DNA from: Eledone cirrhosa
Taxonomy: Eukaryota
DNA length: 64,000 bases
Assembly: GCA_964016885.1 (NCBI GenBank)
Contig: OZ024742.1
Coordinates: forward strand, 324,756,001 to 324,820,000
Direction: 5' to 3'
Shown: positions 1-12,620 of the stretch, piece by piece
Numbering within the stretch: the first letter of the stretch is position 1
How the letters are laid out: each line of letters starts with the position of its first letter
The notes under the pieces: model-generated
What the model was told of the DNA's origin: nothing
Seen by the model: the letters and a program-made list of their open reading frames with translations, nothing else
The model's database searches: none
Position numbers and translations under genes: made by a program

Positions 1-1146
1 TATTCTTATTGATTAGTCCCAAGACAATCCTGATGAGCAGTTCCTTGTTGTCAGGCATCGCAGCCGTGACAATTCCTTATTTTGTATAAGGGTACAGTGC
101 TATTGCTATAATCAGGAACATCTTAGAGCTCAGATAGGACTCAGTCAAATGTGCTGTATCGTCATTTTTAATTTTATATAAATGCTACAACTGCATTTGA
201 TACATAGAAGCAGCTAATTTTATGCAACATTTGCCAACGTCACCATAACACACAAACGATTCTGAATCACCAGTATTTCTTTTACTAAAAAAGATCTTAT
301 ATCGGATGCGGTAAATCGATAGTGTTAATAGTTATATAATCCGAAAAGAGATTAGAGCAAATGAGTTTCGCACACGGATATTTATCTGGTTACCGTTTTC
401 TCAACCATATTACTAGGAAGATACAAGACTTCAATGTGGTGAGGGGCACATATAGAACGATTTTATCGAGTGAGGGATATATTCGCATAAATTACAAGGG
501 GTTTTGTTTCATGTTTGAAACCATTTTACTGACAAAAATATAATAATATGCACAACGACTACTACAATATCCTTATGATAAATATCCTTTTTCAGAATCA
601 ATCAGATTCGTGCGGCATGTCGAAAAAGAAAATCCTTAGTTTAGGGATCGATTCAATCAACTACCCACTTCTCAGCCAATAAGGAGGAGAGTAGTCAAAA
701 TAAAAATAAAATTAAAATATGCATCGCGTCATTTTATATCTAAGTAAGTGAGATATTTAAATTATTATTCAGATGCAAGACTGCAATATTCATCTTTTGT
801 AATGCACTTAACAATAAATGCATTATTGACGCTACTACATTTGTAAGTAATACTGCCAATTTCTATACTGACATTTCTGCAATTCTTTAAGTGCACCATC
901 GCTAATAATTTTAGCCTATAATTTAAATGTACTATATCTGAATCCACAAGCTCATCTGATGGAATTAATATTGCACAGAGAGCAGTGAATTTTACGTACA
1001 TTCATAATATAATAGAGACGTACTAGCTTACTGGCTTTTTGATGTTGCCCGCATGTATACTATTTGTATGCATATCTCTATATGTGTATGAATATCTATG
1101 TACATACATGTAACATATTAAATATATGTATGTCTCTATGTATATA

Positions 1147-1181
1147 ACACATACACACACATATGCACAGGCACAGGCACA

Positions 1182-1270
<89 letters not shown>

Positions 1271-1297
1271 ACGCACACACACATACATATATATATA
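1147..1297. repeat. (CA)n/(TA)n microsatellite
   Basis: Direct reading; explains the CV/HT-repeat ORFs in the track. Confidence 0.97.
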
Positions 1298-1829
1298 ACA
1301 ATATATGAAATAAGAAAAGATTTAATAGAAGAGGAGATGATTGCCTTTGTTATAGTTAAGTGTGATTCTGAGAAATAATATTCATTCACAAGTAATAGAT
1401 CCTTGCTAGCCAACTGCTAGTCGTTATACGACCACAAGAATTCTATCCCTGACCACCATGTCTTACATTTCAACAATAACTTTGTTCACTGTGTCCTTTT
1501 ATTTTAAAGTAAAATGGTGTGATTTTTCGCTAAAGATTTGACTGCTAAATCAACTTAAGTGAAGGCTCACATAATCGCTCCTTCACGTGGTAATTAGAAT
1601 GTAAGATAAGGAGCCAGAGTGGGAATGATTGAATGATGTTTCAACCATCACTCAATTCAAACTTTCTACTTATTCTTTTGATTTGCAAAACGCGAGTGTA
1701 TGTGGATGTGTTAATGCCATCTTGTTGATAGCCTTAATCTTGTTTAAATTGTTCAGAAAATGTTTGTTGTATAGTTTCTGAGAACATTCCTTTTTTGTTG
1801 TTGTAACTCTTCTGTCTAGAAATTAGATT

Positions 1830-2035
1830 TGTTTTTCAAGTTTGACTTTCATCATTTCGGGGTCGAGAAAATGAAGTACCCCTCAACTATTAAAGTTGAT
1901 TTAACGGACTTTTCCATTCCTGCAATTTTGTTCGACTTTTGACTTAATTAGAGACTATAATAATAACAATAATGGTTTCTACTATAGACACAAGGCCAGC
2001 AATTCGGGGGGGGGGGTAATTAAATCGACTCCAGT
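1830..2035. mobile_element. Degenerate fragments of the tRNA-derived SINE family (one + at ~1830-1950, one - 3' end at ~1972-2035)
   Basis: tttgactttcatcatttcggggtcgagaaaatgaagtacc and cacaaggccagcaatt resemble the complete copies at 32982, 44141 and 52774. Confidence 0.6.
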
Positions 2036-2064
2036 TAATTAATTGTATTACAGAAATATAATAA

Positions 2065-2249
2065 TGGTTTCTGATTTTAGGGGAGGGGAAAGTCGATTAA
2101 ATCGTCCGCAGTACATTACTGGTGCTTTATTTTATCGACGCCGTAAGGATGAAAGGCGAATCTAACCTCGGCAGGATTTGAACTCAGAACATAAAGAGCT
2201 GTAACTCTATGCCGCTAAGTATGTTTTCCGACGCTCTACCGATTCTGTC

Positions 2250-2250
<1 letters not shown>
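2065..2250 (-). mobile_element. tRNA-derived SINE
   Basis: Reverse strand reads TGACAGAATCGGTAGAGCG (A-box-like) ... GAGTTCAAATCC (B box) ... ttcatccttacggcgtcgataaaataaag; same family as the other copies. Confidence 0.85.
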
Positions 2251-2304
<54 letters not shown>

Positions 2305-2547
2305 TTTTCTTTATTAACCACAAGGGTTTACATAAAGTAGACATTAAGGACAGTACAGGACTATACAGGGCGGTACAAATGGGCATTTCTGCGTGTAAAA
2401 AAAACAGAGGATGAAATAAAATAACAAAGAAAAATTCCCCAATAGGGGGGAGACTTCCGAGGGACATTTGTGGAGAAAGCCCATTAAAAGACCACAGTGG
2501 CCCTGACCACCAGGGCAAGTGCCCTCTCCCAGTTTTCCACCTTTAAT

Positions 2548-5500
2548 TTACAGACACATACTCGGAGAAGGCCCATTCATTCGGGCCATACTTGCTTCTC
2601 TCACCCATCTTTCAACAAAATGCTGGGAAGAGAGCACTTCCCTCTCTACCCTGATTTTCCTTTTCAGATGAAATTTGAAAAAGTTAATCAGAGCATCACC
2701 GAAGAGGTAAGTGCTCGTCTTCAGCCCTTTCAAACGTGTCCACCATACTATCTCTTTCGCCATGGCCACCAGACAGATAAAAACTGCCTGCCCTTCCCGG
2801 ATAAAGGAAGAGGGCGGGGCAATCCTCACGATGGACTCAGCTGATAGCTGGATCCGTCCTACACGTGACAGCAGGTGTACGACATAAACCCACAAGTCAG
2901 CAATGCTCGGACACTGGACGAGTGCGTGCAGGACGGTTTCGTCGCCCTGTGCGCATCTCGGACATGCCCGGCTGACGGCACCTCCATGCCTGTAAAGTTT
3001 ATCCCGAACTGGCAAAGCACCCCGGTAGCACTGCCAGGCCAGGGATTTCTGGAAGTTGTCCATAGGCCCCGGCCCGAAAATCCTTCCGAAGAGATTGGCT
3101 AGTTGATTTTCGTCGACGCCTAGAGTTTCTCCAAGTATGTCGTCGCTCTTCCCCTCCACTAATCCCCTATAGAACGCCAAGGTGGAGTTTCCACCGATCA
3201 CATTGCCCGATTGGTCGAGGGCTGTGAGCGCCTGAAGACATTCCAGTCTCCAAGCGCTCCCTCTCAGTCTTCGCTTGACCCAGGACTGCAGCTCCGTCAA
3301 GGAAACGAGCTGGGGAAAAACGTGTCTAGCAAACGGCAACCACACCTGATCACCGTCGAGGAAGAGGTGGAGATGTCGTAGCCTGAGCGCGTGTCTGCGC
3401 ATCATCAGCCACGGCATGCCCAGCCCTCCACGTAGCGGGTGTTGACAGCAGATGGACCGCCTGACCATCGGAGCGCGTCCCTTCCACAAGAAGCGAAAGA
3501 GCAAACGCTCCAGCGCAGTCAGGCGGGGCTTAGGACAAGGTACAACGGTCAGGCGGTAGTAGATGACGGACGCGATGTACGCGTTAGCCACCTCCGCTCG
3601 ACCTTTCAGGGATAGCTTCCTCTCGGCCCATTTCTGGGTGAGAGAAGCCACCCTGCTCGTCACCTCGTCCCAGTTTTTGTCCGTCTGTAGGTCTGGACCG
3701 AACCAGACCCCTAACAATTTAACCGGTCCGTCCGTCCAGCGCCCGACGACGCTGTTGGACGGCATGGACCTGCCTCTCCAGGTGCCGAGCTGCAGGCCCA
3801 CTGACTTTTCCTGCTTGATCATTGCTCCTGTCACCACTCGTATTCTCTTAGTGTAGTGCCGATCGCCTCGATGTGTTTGGCGTTCGACACCACTACGGTG
3901 ACATCGTCGGCATATGCTGACACCGATCTTCCGCATCCTAGTTCGCGCGGGACCCCACTCAACGTCTCCAGTTTGTGCAGTAATGGCTCGAGAGTCAATA
4001 CGTACAATAGGGAGGAGAGGGGACATCCTTGGCGGACCGAGCGCATGATGTTGAACGGTTCCGAAAGGTGACCGTTCACTCTCACTACAGAGCAGATGTC
4101 GCTGTGCATGGCAGCGATCCAGCCTCTGAAGACGGGCCCAAAGCCAGCCGCCCTCAGGACTGCCGCTAGGTAACGATGGTCGACCCTATCGAAGGCTTTC
4201 GACTGATCTAAATTGATCAAAGACCCACCCGTGCCAGGTTCCCTAGCTACCCTCTCTACGATGTATCGCATGAGGTGGAGGTTGTCGTGGATGGATCTGT
4301 CGGGAATGGCGCATGTCTGTGCATCTCCCACCAGACCACCAACGACAAGCGCCAACCTCTTTGCTAGCACCTTGGCCAAAATCTTGAACTCTGTGTTTAG
4401 CAGAGTTATGGGCCTAAAACTATCTATGTTATCCCCCTTGTTCGGATCCTTTCTCAGCAGCACCACCGCTCCTCGGCTCACTGAGCTGGGAATTCTCCCG
4501 TTCTGTTGCCAGTTGCAGTAGACGTCCGCCAAGAGGCCTCCGAACAAGTCTGGCATTTGTACGTAAAGTTCATAGGGTAGACCATCCAAACCAGGCGATT
4601 TACCCCTTGTGCAACTAGTCATTGCATCCCGTACTTCAGCGGTTGTTATCGGATTTTCGCAACACTCCGCCTCAGTGGCCGAAAGCCGCGGCAGTCCGTC
4701 GAGGTAGACACTAATGTCCATCCCTCGATCCGGCCCGCCACTGCCCCCGAACAGTTGAGCGAAGTGTCGCTGAAAAGCTTCACACATTTGCCCGAGATCG
4801 AGTAGCATGCGCCCCTCGTGGTCCACCAAAGACCGGATCGTGGCTTTGTTGTCACGACGCGCCTCCGCCACTCGGGCCCATTGAACGGCTTTCGTCCCCT
4901 CGTGTCTGAGAGCACGCACCCTAGCTCTGACAACGCAGCATTCGTGCTTTGCATTGAAGAATTGGTCAAGGGCCAATTTCGCCGCAAGTACGTCGGTCGC
5001 GATGCCTTTGCTAAGCGCCTCATCTAATTTTCTAACTAATTCTCCCTCTGCTCTATCTTTCTCTATTGCTAAAGTCTTACTAAACCTAATGGACTCTATT
5101 CTAATTGCTCTTTTCAGAGCAAACCACCACTTGTTGTTGACGATGGCCCCCGTCAACGCCCGCTTAACTAGTTCGCTAATCCGGTCTCTGTAGGCCTTGA
5201 GCGCTGGTAAGGACGCGTTTAGCTTCCAGTAACCGGGTCCTCGTCTATGAAGCCTATCTAAGTCAAGCACACAGATCACGAATTTGTGGTCCGTGTAGCT
5301 GACTATCTTGAATTGTGGACAGACTATGCTAGACCTATCTATTTCCCTACAAAATACTCTATCTAGATATGATCTGGATGACCCTATGCGATTTGTCCAA
5401 GTCCACATTGGTACATTCGGGAAATCCATTCGGTACCTGTCAGACAGTTCAAAACGCCTGAGCAGGTTGGTGAGACTCTTGCACCCTCCTTCCCTATCCA

Positions 5501-5967
5501 CTAATCCCACACAATCTCAGCGTGCATCTAAGATCCCGTTCCAGTCGCCCACTAACACTAAAGAGCGGGACGTTCCAAGAAAGGTCTCCAGACGCCGGAA
5601 GAAATCAGGCCGCCCTGCTCCTGTCGGGGCATAGACGGCCACTAACCTGAAAGCTTGCTCGTCTCCGCTGGTCACGTCCAGCACCACCAACTTACCTTCT
5701 GGGTCCAGGAATATGGCCCGTATGGCAAGATCCAAACCTCTCCGAAAAAGCACAGAAATTCCTCTCCCCGATCCCCGGACGGCTGGGAGATGCGTACACA
5801 TCGTAGCCGCCAAAGATCGGTGCGAAAGCCTGTGCTTCGGAGATTCTGGTCTCGCTGATGGCCACTACATCTATGTTTAGTGACCTGAGTTCGTTGAGCA
5901 CGTGGCCCTGCTTCCATGACGACCCCAATCCACGCGCATTTATGCTGCCTATTCTGAGTGAGGTCAT
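2548..5967 (-). pseudogene. Tx1-type ORF2 (AP endonuclease + reverse transcriptase + zinc finger), broken by frameshifts and a stop
   Basis: MTSLRIGSINARGL/ISET, VYAP, GDWN, YLDR, TDHK (APE); KSPGLDG, RPITLLN, DQSKAFDRV, RQGCPLS, YADD (RT); CPRC...ETVLHALVQC. Split over track ORFs 5692-5967, 5517-5813, 3831-5510 and 2548-4026. Confidence 0.92.
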
Positions 5968-6001
5968 GTTGAAAAGGAGTGGAAAAGATGGGAAAGACCA
6001 C

Positions 6002-8026
6002 TTACCTTACTTCTCGTAGGGGAAGGACGGTTTTTCCATCCTTTTCACTGCTTGTGGCCTCCTCAGGAAGGATGTCCTTATAAATCCTCCTGGAGAGTGC
6101 TTGTCGGAAGTCTCCGATATCTTTGGGAAATTTTTTTTTTAGTGTCATGTACGTTTTCTGTGTGATGCGAGTGATTTGTATGTGTGGAGGTGGTGTGAAT
6201 TTTGGGGTTGTTGTGTAGTCTTTTTCTGTGATGCTGGTGTTGTGTTGGATGTAGTGTAATAATTGCTTGTTGTTCAAATTTAATGCTGTGTAGTGTGTAT
6301 CGTTTTGGTTGTTTTGTTTTGTTTGCGTTTGTTGTGGGTTTGTTTCTGTTTCGCTTTTTTGGTGACTTTTGTGGTGTAGGTGATGGTGGTGTTGGGGTTA
6401 ATGATGGTGAAGGTGTTGGTGTTTGGGTTGATGGGGTTGGTGATGCTGGTGTGGATGGTGGCATATCTGTCCTAACTTTTTTGTTTCTTAGTTTATTTGT
6501 TTCTCTCTGTATTTTGTTTTTGGAGGGGGAAGGAAGAGAATTTTTTCTTTTTTGGTTTCTTTTTTTTTTTCCCGGATATCGTTTCCCACTCCTCGTCATC
6601 ACAATCTGTCTCCAGTTGTGATAGGCCGGGGAGTGGAAAATCCTCCACAGGCGTTAGTTTTGGTTGTGGCGTGGTGGATGGTGTAGGCGCTGGTGCTAGT
6701 TCTGAAGCGTTGGGTGGTGGTGGTGTTGGTTTTGCTGGTGGTGGTGGTGGTGGTGGTTTTGCTACTGTTGCTGGCGTTCTTGCTGTTATAGTTGCTTCTG
6801 TTGTTGCTGCTACAGTTGTTGCTGCCATCTCTGCTACTGGTGGTATTGATGGTTGTGTCACTGGGGTGGGTAGGAGAGGTGGCCTCAACCTTTTAGCCTG
6901 AGGGCAGAAAGCCCTTAGGTGGGTTCCTTCACCATAAACGACACACCTAGGTCTTCTGCCCTCGACAATTACCGTGAGGTGGCTGCCGTCAGTGAGGTCT
7001 ATTACCTCTGGGATCTCCTCAATGCTTTTTTGGTCCGCTTGGATCAGAAGCTCCATCCCAGATCCGGACCAGTTCTCCTGCTTTTCTTTTGCTATTGCTA
7101 TTATTTTTGTGTTGGCTTCGATGCCGGCGAGGACGGCCGCTATTAGCCAGGGAATTTCGATGGCCGGTGGAACGTGGGTCACCCTGATCTTTACGAGTCT
7201 CTGGCCACAATAGCTTGGGACGAGTGTGAAGTCGTCACTTCTTAATGGGGCCATGGAGTGTTCTCTAGCCTCCTCTGGTGTTTCAAAGAACACGTCCACG
7301 GTTCCATACTTTTGCCCACGTCTGATGTGGGTTTTTCTTGCCCACACATGTCCCAAAGCTTTTTGGATTTGGGACTCGGATGCCCGTTCCACTCGGCGCG
7401 ATTTTACATTTATTGTTCGATACGACACGGTGCATAGGCGCGGATGCTCCATTTTATTAGGTGGGGGTGGGGTGAGGCTGACCCTGTACCCATCTTTCTT
7501 TACCATTTGTTTGGCATTTTCTAAATCCTCCTGAGTTACCGTAAATGCTTCGAACTGTTTTGCTACTCTGGCGAAACTGAGGGTGGTTTTTATAATGTCA
7601 TTGTTGTTGTTGTTGCTATCGTTATTTGTGTTAATATTAATTTTAGTTTCAGTTGTGGTGGTGGTGACATCAGTCGTCTTTGGTGGGGAAGAGTCCATTT
7701 TGCTTGATTTCATTTCGACATCACGAGTTAATTTATTTTTTTCTTGTTTTGTTTCTGTTGTCGCGGTGGTGGTGGGGTGGTGGTTGTCGCGGTGGTGGTG
7801 GGGTGGTGGTTGTCGCGGTGGTGGTGGTGGTGGAGGCTTTAACACCTGCAGTCATTGGTAATGGCAGGAAATGAATGTCTGCCTGAGACAAATTTAAAAT
7901 ATTGCTAATGCTTATATTTTTTGTAGTGTTGACAAACGTAGTAACATTTACAATGGTGGTGTCGGTGTGAGGTGTTAATTTGTGAGGAAGGCTTTCAGCT
8001 GCTTGGTGCAGAGGTGAATTAGCCAT
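6002..8026 (-). pseudogene. Tx1-type ORF1 (gag-like; Pro/Thr-rich, degenerate CCHC knuckle), frameshifted in simple repeats
   Basis: Track ORFs 7733-8026, 6493-7845, 6078-6602 and 6002-6277 chain together; RPRCVVYGEGTHLRAFCP knuckle-like motif; ends about 35 bp before the ORF2 ATG. Confidence 0.75.
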
Positions 8027-8235
8027 TTTTTTTCAAAGAAATTTTTTGATAATAATAAAAGTTTAAATTTTGTGCACAAGGCCCCAATCTTTTTGGGTGT
8101 CCTTTTCGGAAAACAATGTATGTGCGCTTATATATGGTTAACAATAAAAATTTTCCATAAATGGCAATTTTTAACAAACAGAAATAACAAACCTTTGCGG
8201 AGCTCACGATGATACGATTTACTACGTAGGTCGCC

Positions 8236-8276
<41 letters not shown>

Positions 8277-8909
8277 GGCAAGAAGACGCACAAGGTGGTA
8301 GAAGGTCATGAAATCGCTCCCGTAAGTTTTTGATTTTTAACATATTTAAATCAATTGTGAAATAACAATTCTTAGTACAAATGTTGCATAAACCACCGAA
8401 TGAGGTCCCATAAAGTTTCGGATCCATATTATATTGTTGTATCGCTCAAATATTCAATTTTGTATTATATATTTTGTATTCAAAAAAAGAAAATGGTTAT
8501 AAATGGAAGAAAACACCCTCTGTCTACACTATATAAAACAGCCAAATAACAGCAATTTCACCAACACCAGAAACTTGATACACCACCTATCCCATCACAC
8601 TAAATATAACAGCCAGATAACGGCAATTTCACCACCACCACCATCAATCCCAGCATCATAATAATAATTACTATTATTATTGTCTCAAATTTTAACAAAA
8701 TGTTTAATTCCAATTTTACGGGAATATGTCAACACAATATATAATAAAAATATATATTAAACATACGAACACAAACTCATAGATACTACATATCAGTAAC
8801 CACAACGCCACCGCTGCCACCACCCCACCCCATCCATCACTGCTACCACTATCCCATCGCCGCCGCCACCACTCCTTCATTGCTACCACCACTATTCCCC
8901 TGTTAACTT

Positions 8910-11900
8910 GGTTCAAACCTTCCCATCACTTCGGAGCTGGAGACCTCCCATAACCGGAATACTCCTACTGTTGGCCCTCCATGCTCACCACCAAGAAATC
9001 CAAAGAAAAGAGAGAAAAATGGTCAAGGGAAGATAATAAAGAAGTCCTTGAGGCTTTCTACACTGCCATGTACTACCCATCAAATACATCGAATACAGAA
9101 CAGACATATATCAACTGGAAAAAGAAACATCCCGAAAACAGAGGCTATATTGACAGTAATAAACTAGCCAATATACGAAGAAATATTGTAAGAAAAAAGT
9201 TACTAACTGATATAGAAATTGATCAGATCAAGCTATTAGCACAAAGTCAGCGAAGGGAAAATGAAACATGTGTCAGTGAAAACGAGGTAAACTGTAACAC
9301 TTCGAATTCCAGGGTTGGGGCGGAATCACTGGCAACAGAACAAATTAAAGAAAGGATCGAAAAAGTGGAGGGAGTGCATGCTCAGGATGAAACTCCAAAT
9401 GAAAATAATGAGATTGTAAATGATAAAGAAATGAATGAGAATGAACTTGCCAACTTGAAGGATGAAATTATGATCGAATGGATGAAAATGAAAGAATCTG
9501 ACATGGGGCAACGAGACACTCTCGCTAAGATCCAGAACTCCAAACAGAACCAAAAGATAATACACAAGACTAACATAATTCTCAAAAACATTATCATCAC
9601 AAACAAACTAAACATTACTGATTTAAATCATCTCTATTATGCATCGGCTAAAGTCACCACTCACTTATGTGGAGTGAAGATGATAAAACAAAGGAATTCC
9701 CACAAGAAATCTACTTGGCAAGAGAACATCAATCGCCAAATAAACCTTCTCCGATCTGACATAGAAATTTTAACAAACTATAAAGTAGGTGAACATGTTA
9801 AACAAACTAAACTTAAAAAATTGAAAAAAAAGTACAGTATAAAATCAACATGTGACATAGACATGCTGATAGAAATAATCAAGCAAAAAGTGTCGGCCAA
9901 AGCTGCTCGTATAAGGCGCTTTGAAAAACGATCTAGATTCTATAAGGACAATAATATGTTCAAAAACAACCAAAGAAACTTCTACAGAAAAATTGCTAAG
10001 TCAATAATAACTGCTAAATCAATACCACCCAAGGAGGAAGTGCAAGAATTCTGGGAAAAGATCTGGGCCGAAGAAAAAGTTCATAACATACATGCCCCAT
10101 GGATAGACAGACAAATGAAAGATACAGCTCACCTTGAGGAACAAATATGGGAAAATATAACAGTTGAACAGTTGCGCTTGGCTCTAAGAAAAACCAGCAA
10201 ATGGAAATCCCCAGGAAAAGACAAAATACAAAACTTTTGGATAAATGCCTTCACAGAGTCTCATGAGCTGTTAGCCCAACTTTACAATGAAATAGTTAAG
10301 GAGCCAGAAAAGATACCATCATGGCTAGTTAACGGCATTACATTCCTGCTTCCGAAGAATGATGAGACAAACAATCCCAAAAATTACAGACCGATAACTT
10401 GCTTGACCACAATGTATAAAATTTTAACATCAGTCCTAACTGAATACACATATGACCACCTGATAACAAATGACCTATTTCCCATTGAGCAGAAAGGGTG
10501 TAAACGAGGCTCATATGGCTGTAAGGATCAGCTTCAGGTTAACAAAATGATACTGGAAGATTGTCATAATAGACACAAAAATCTATCGATTGCTTGGATA
10601 GATTATAAAAAAGCATTTGATAGTTTGCCACACAGTTGGATTGAAAAATGTTTAGAGATTTTCAAAATATCCCCCGTTGTCTGGAGGTTTTTGTCATTCA
10701 GTATGAAGACATGGAAAACGACACTACTTTTGAATAGTGAAACAAAATCACTGGAAGCTGGAGAAGTTAATATTAATTGTGGAATTTTTCAGGGTGACTC
10801 TTTATCACCGCTTTTATTCTGCATCGCACTTATACCATTAAGTAAAATGCTCAATGAAACAAAACATGGATATAAAGTCTATGAGAAAACCATTAATCAC
10901 TTGTTCTACATGGATGACCTGAAACTATTTGCAAAAAATGATGAACAATTGCAAGGGCTATTATCCACTGTGGAGCAGTTCAGTGATGACATTAAAATGG
11001 AGTTTGGCCTAGATAAATGCGCCAAACCAACGTTCACCAGAGGAAAGCTACTGAAGAGTTCAGACATTAATCTTGATCGGGGGAACGTGATAAGAGAACT
11101 TGATCAAGAAAAAACTTACAAATATCTAGGTGTTTGTGAAGGAGACGGAATCAAGCACTCGACAATGAGGGAAAGGATAAGGAAGGAATGTTACCGCAGA
11201 GTAGGAGCAATCTTAAGAACGGAATTGAATGCAAGGAATAGGATCGATGCCATAAACACGCTTGCCATACCAGTAGTAACCTACAGTTACAATGTCATCA
11301 ACTGGTCAAGCACAGAGATCCGTAGGCTCGATACAAAAATTCGAAAATTCTTAACCATGCACAGAATGCATCACCCTAAGGCAGATATAGATAGAATATA
11401 TCTCCCTAGGAAAGAAGGAGGACGTGGGTTAATCCAGTTAGACATTGCGTTGAAAACTGCAACAATTGGATTATCTACATATCTAAGGGAATCACATGAT
11501 TGGATGATCAAACTCGTTTTGAAACACGAAAGCAGCAAAAGATCATATTCCATTACAAAAGATGCACAAAGATACAGTAATGGACTACAAATTTCAGAAG
11601 TCCCATTTACTGCTGAAATGGAAAACACAGAAAAAACAAAGCAGGTAAAAGTAACTGCAAAGAAAGAACTGCTACAGAAACTGGCTAAGAAATGGCAAGA
11701 AAAGCCTCTGTATGGAAAATACCCAGAACGAGCTAACAATCCTGATGTTGACAAAACTTTAACCCATCAGTGGTTGGCATCCTCTGGACTGAAATCGGAG
11801 ACTGAAGGACTGATTATATCAGCACAAGATCAGTGTCTGCCAACAAAAAATTACCAAGCCAACATAATAAAAAATGGAAGCAGCCCATTATGCCGTGTAT

Positions 11901-12620
11901 GTAAAAAACAACCAGAGACCATTGACCATATAATTTCAATGTGCAGTCCTATAGCTCCAACCGAATACCTAAATAGGCATGACAGAGCAACACAATACAT
12001 ACATTGGATAATGTGTAAGCATTTTGACCTGTCCCATCAAAAGAATTGGTGGGAGCATCAACCACCTCCCATACTTGAAAAAGATCACATCTCAATCTTG
12101 TGGAACTTTAGCATCCAAACAGACCGAAAAATAGATACAAATAGACCTGATATAATATTGAACGACTTTAAAAAGAGGGTGTGCCTGCTAATTGATATGT
12201 CTGTTCCAATAGACAAGAATGTATCTATAAAAACATTTGAAAAATTGAGCAAGTATAAGGACCTGGAGATAGAAATTGGAAAAATGTGGAAAGTGAGAAC
12301 TAAAACAGTACCAGTGGTTGTAGGCGCTCTGGGAATGATATCTAAGGGGTCTAATGATTACTTATCGCAAATCCCAGGAAACCCGCGTATATGAGAAATA
12401 CAAAAGATAGTACTAATGGGAACTGCCCATACACTAAGGAAGATTCTGTCAATATAAGTACATCACAAGTCTAAACACTAAAGATGCATGTGTGAGTATG
12501 TATGTTCTTTCTTGAACATGGCAGACCTTGTTTTCTCTTGAGGTCACTGGTTGTGACTTGGTGATAACTCGTATGAACATAAAGCAAGATAAATGCAACT
12601 GTAACAATAATAATAATAAT
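8910..12620 (+). mobile_element. Dong/R4-clade RLE non-LTR retrotransposon
   Basis: Single long RT+RLE ORF, ~145-bp 3' UTR and (AAT)n tail at 12606-12620. The 5' boundary is approximate. Confidence 0.88.
8981..12457 (+). CDS. Dong/R4 polyprotein: RT + CCHC + restriction-like endonuclease; premature TGA at 12392-12394, frame continues to TAA at 12455-12457
   Basis: WKSPGKD, NYRPITCL, DYKKAFDS, GIFQGDSLSP, FYMDD; CRVC..ETIDHIISMC, RHD, RPDII, LIDMSVP, KLSKY. After the TGA the frame reads EIQKIVLMGTAHTLRKILSI*. Confidence 0.92.

Larger units (their letters stand above)
2304..8235 (-). mobile_element. Full-length Tx1/L1-clade non-LTR retrotransposon (disrupted)
   Basis: 5' UTR, ORF1 and ORF2 (APE, RT, C-terminal CxxC...HxxxxC). 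The 3' UTR has AATAAA (tttatt at 2310-2315). Flanked by (AAT)n at 2250-2303 and 8236-8276. Confidence 0.93.

Noticed and set aside
765-1001. 78-aa Cys-containing ORF as a secreted peptide
   Set aside because: Weak signal peptide, no recognisable family, and length compatible with chance.
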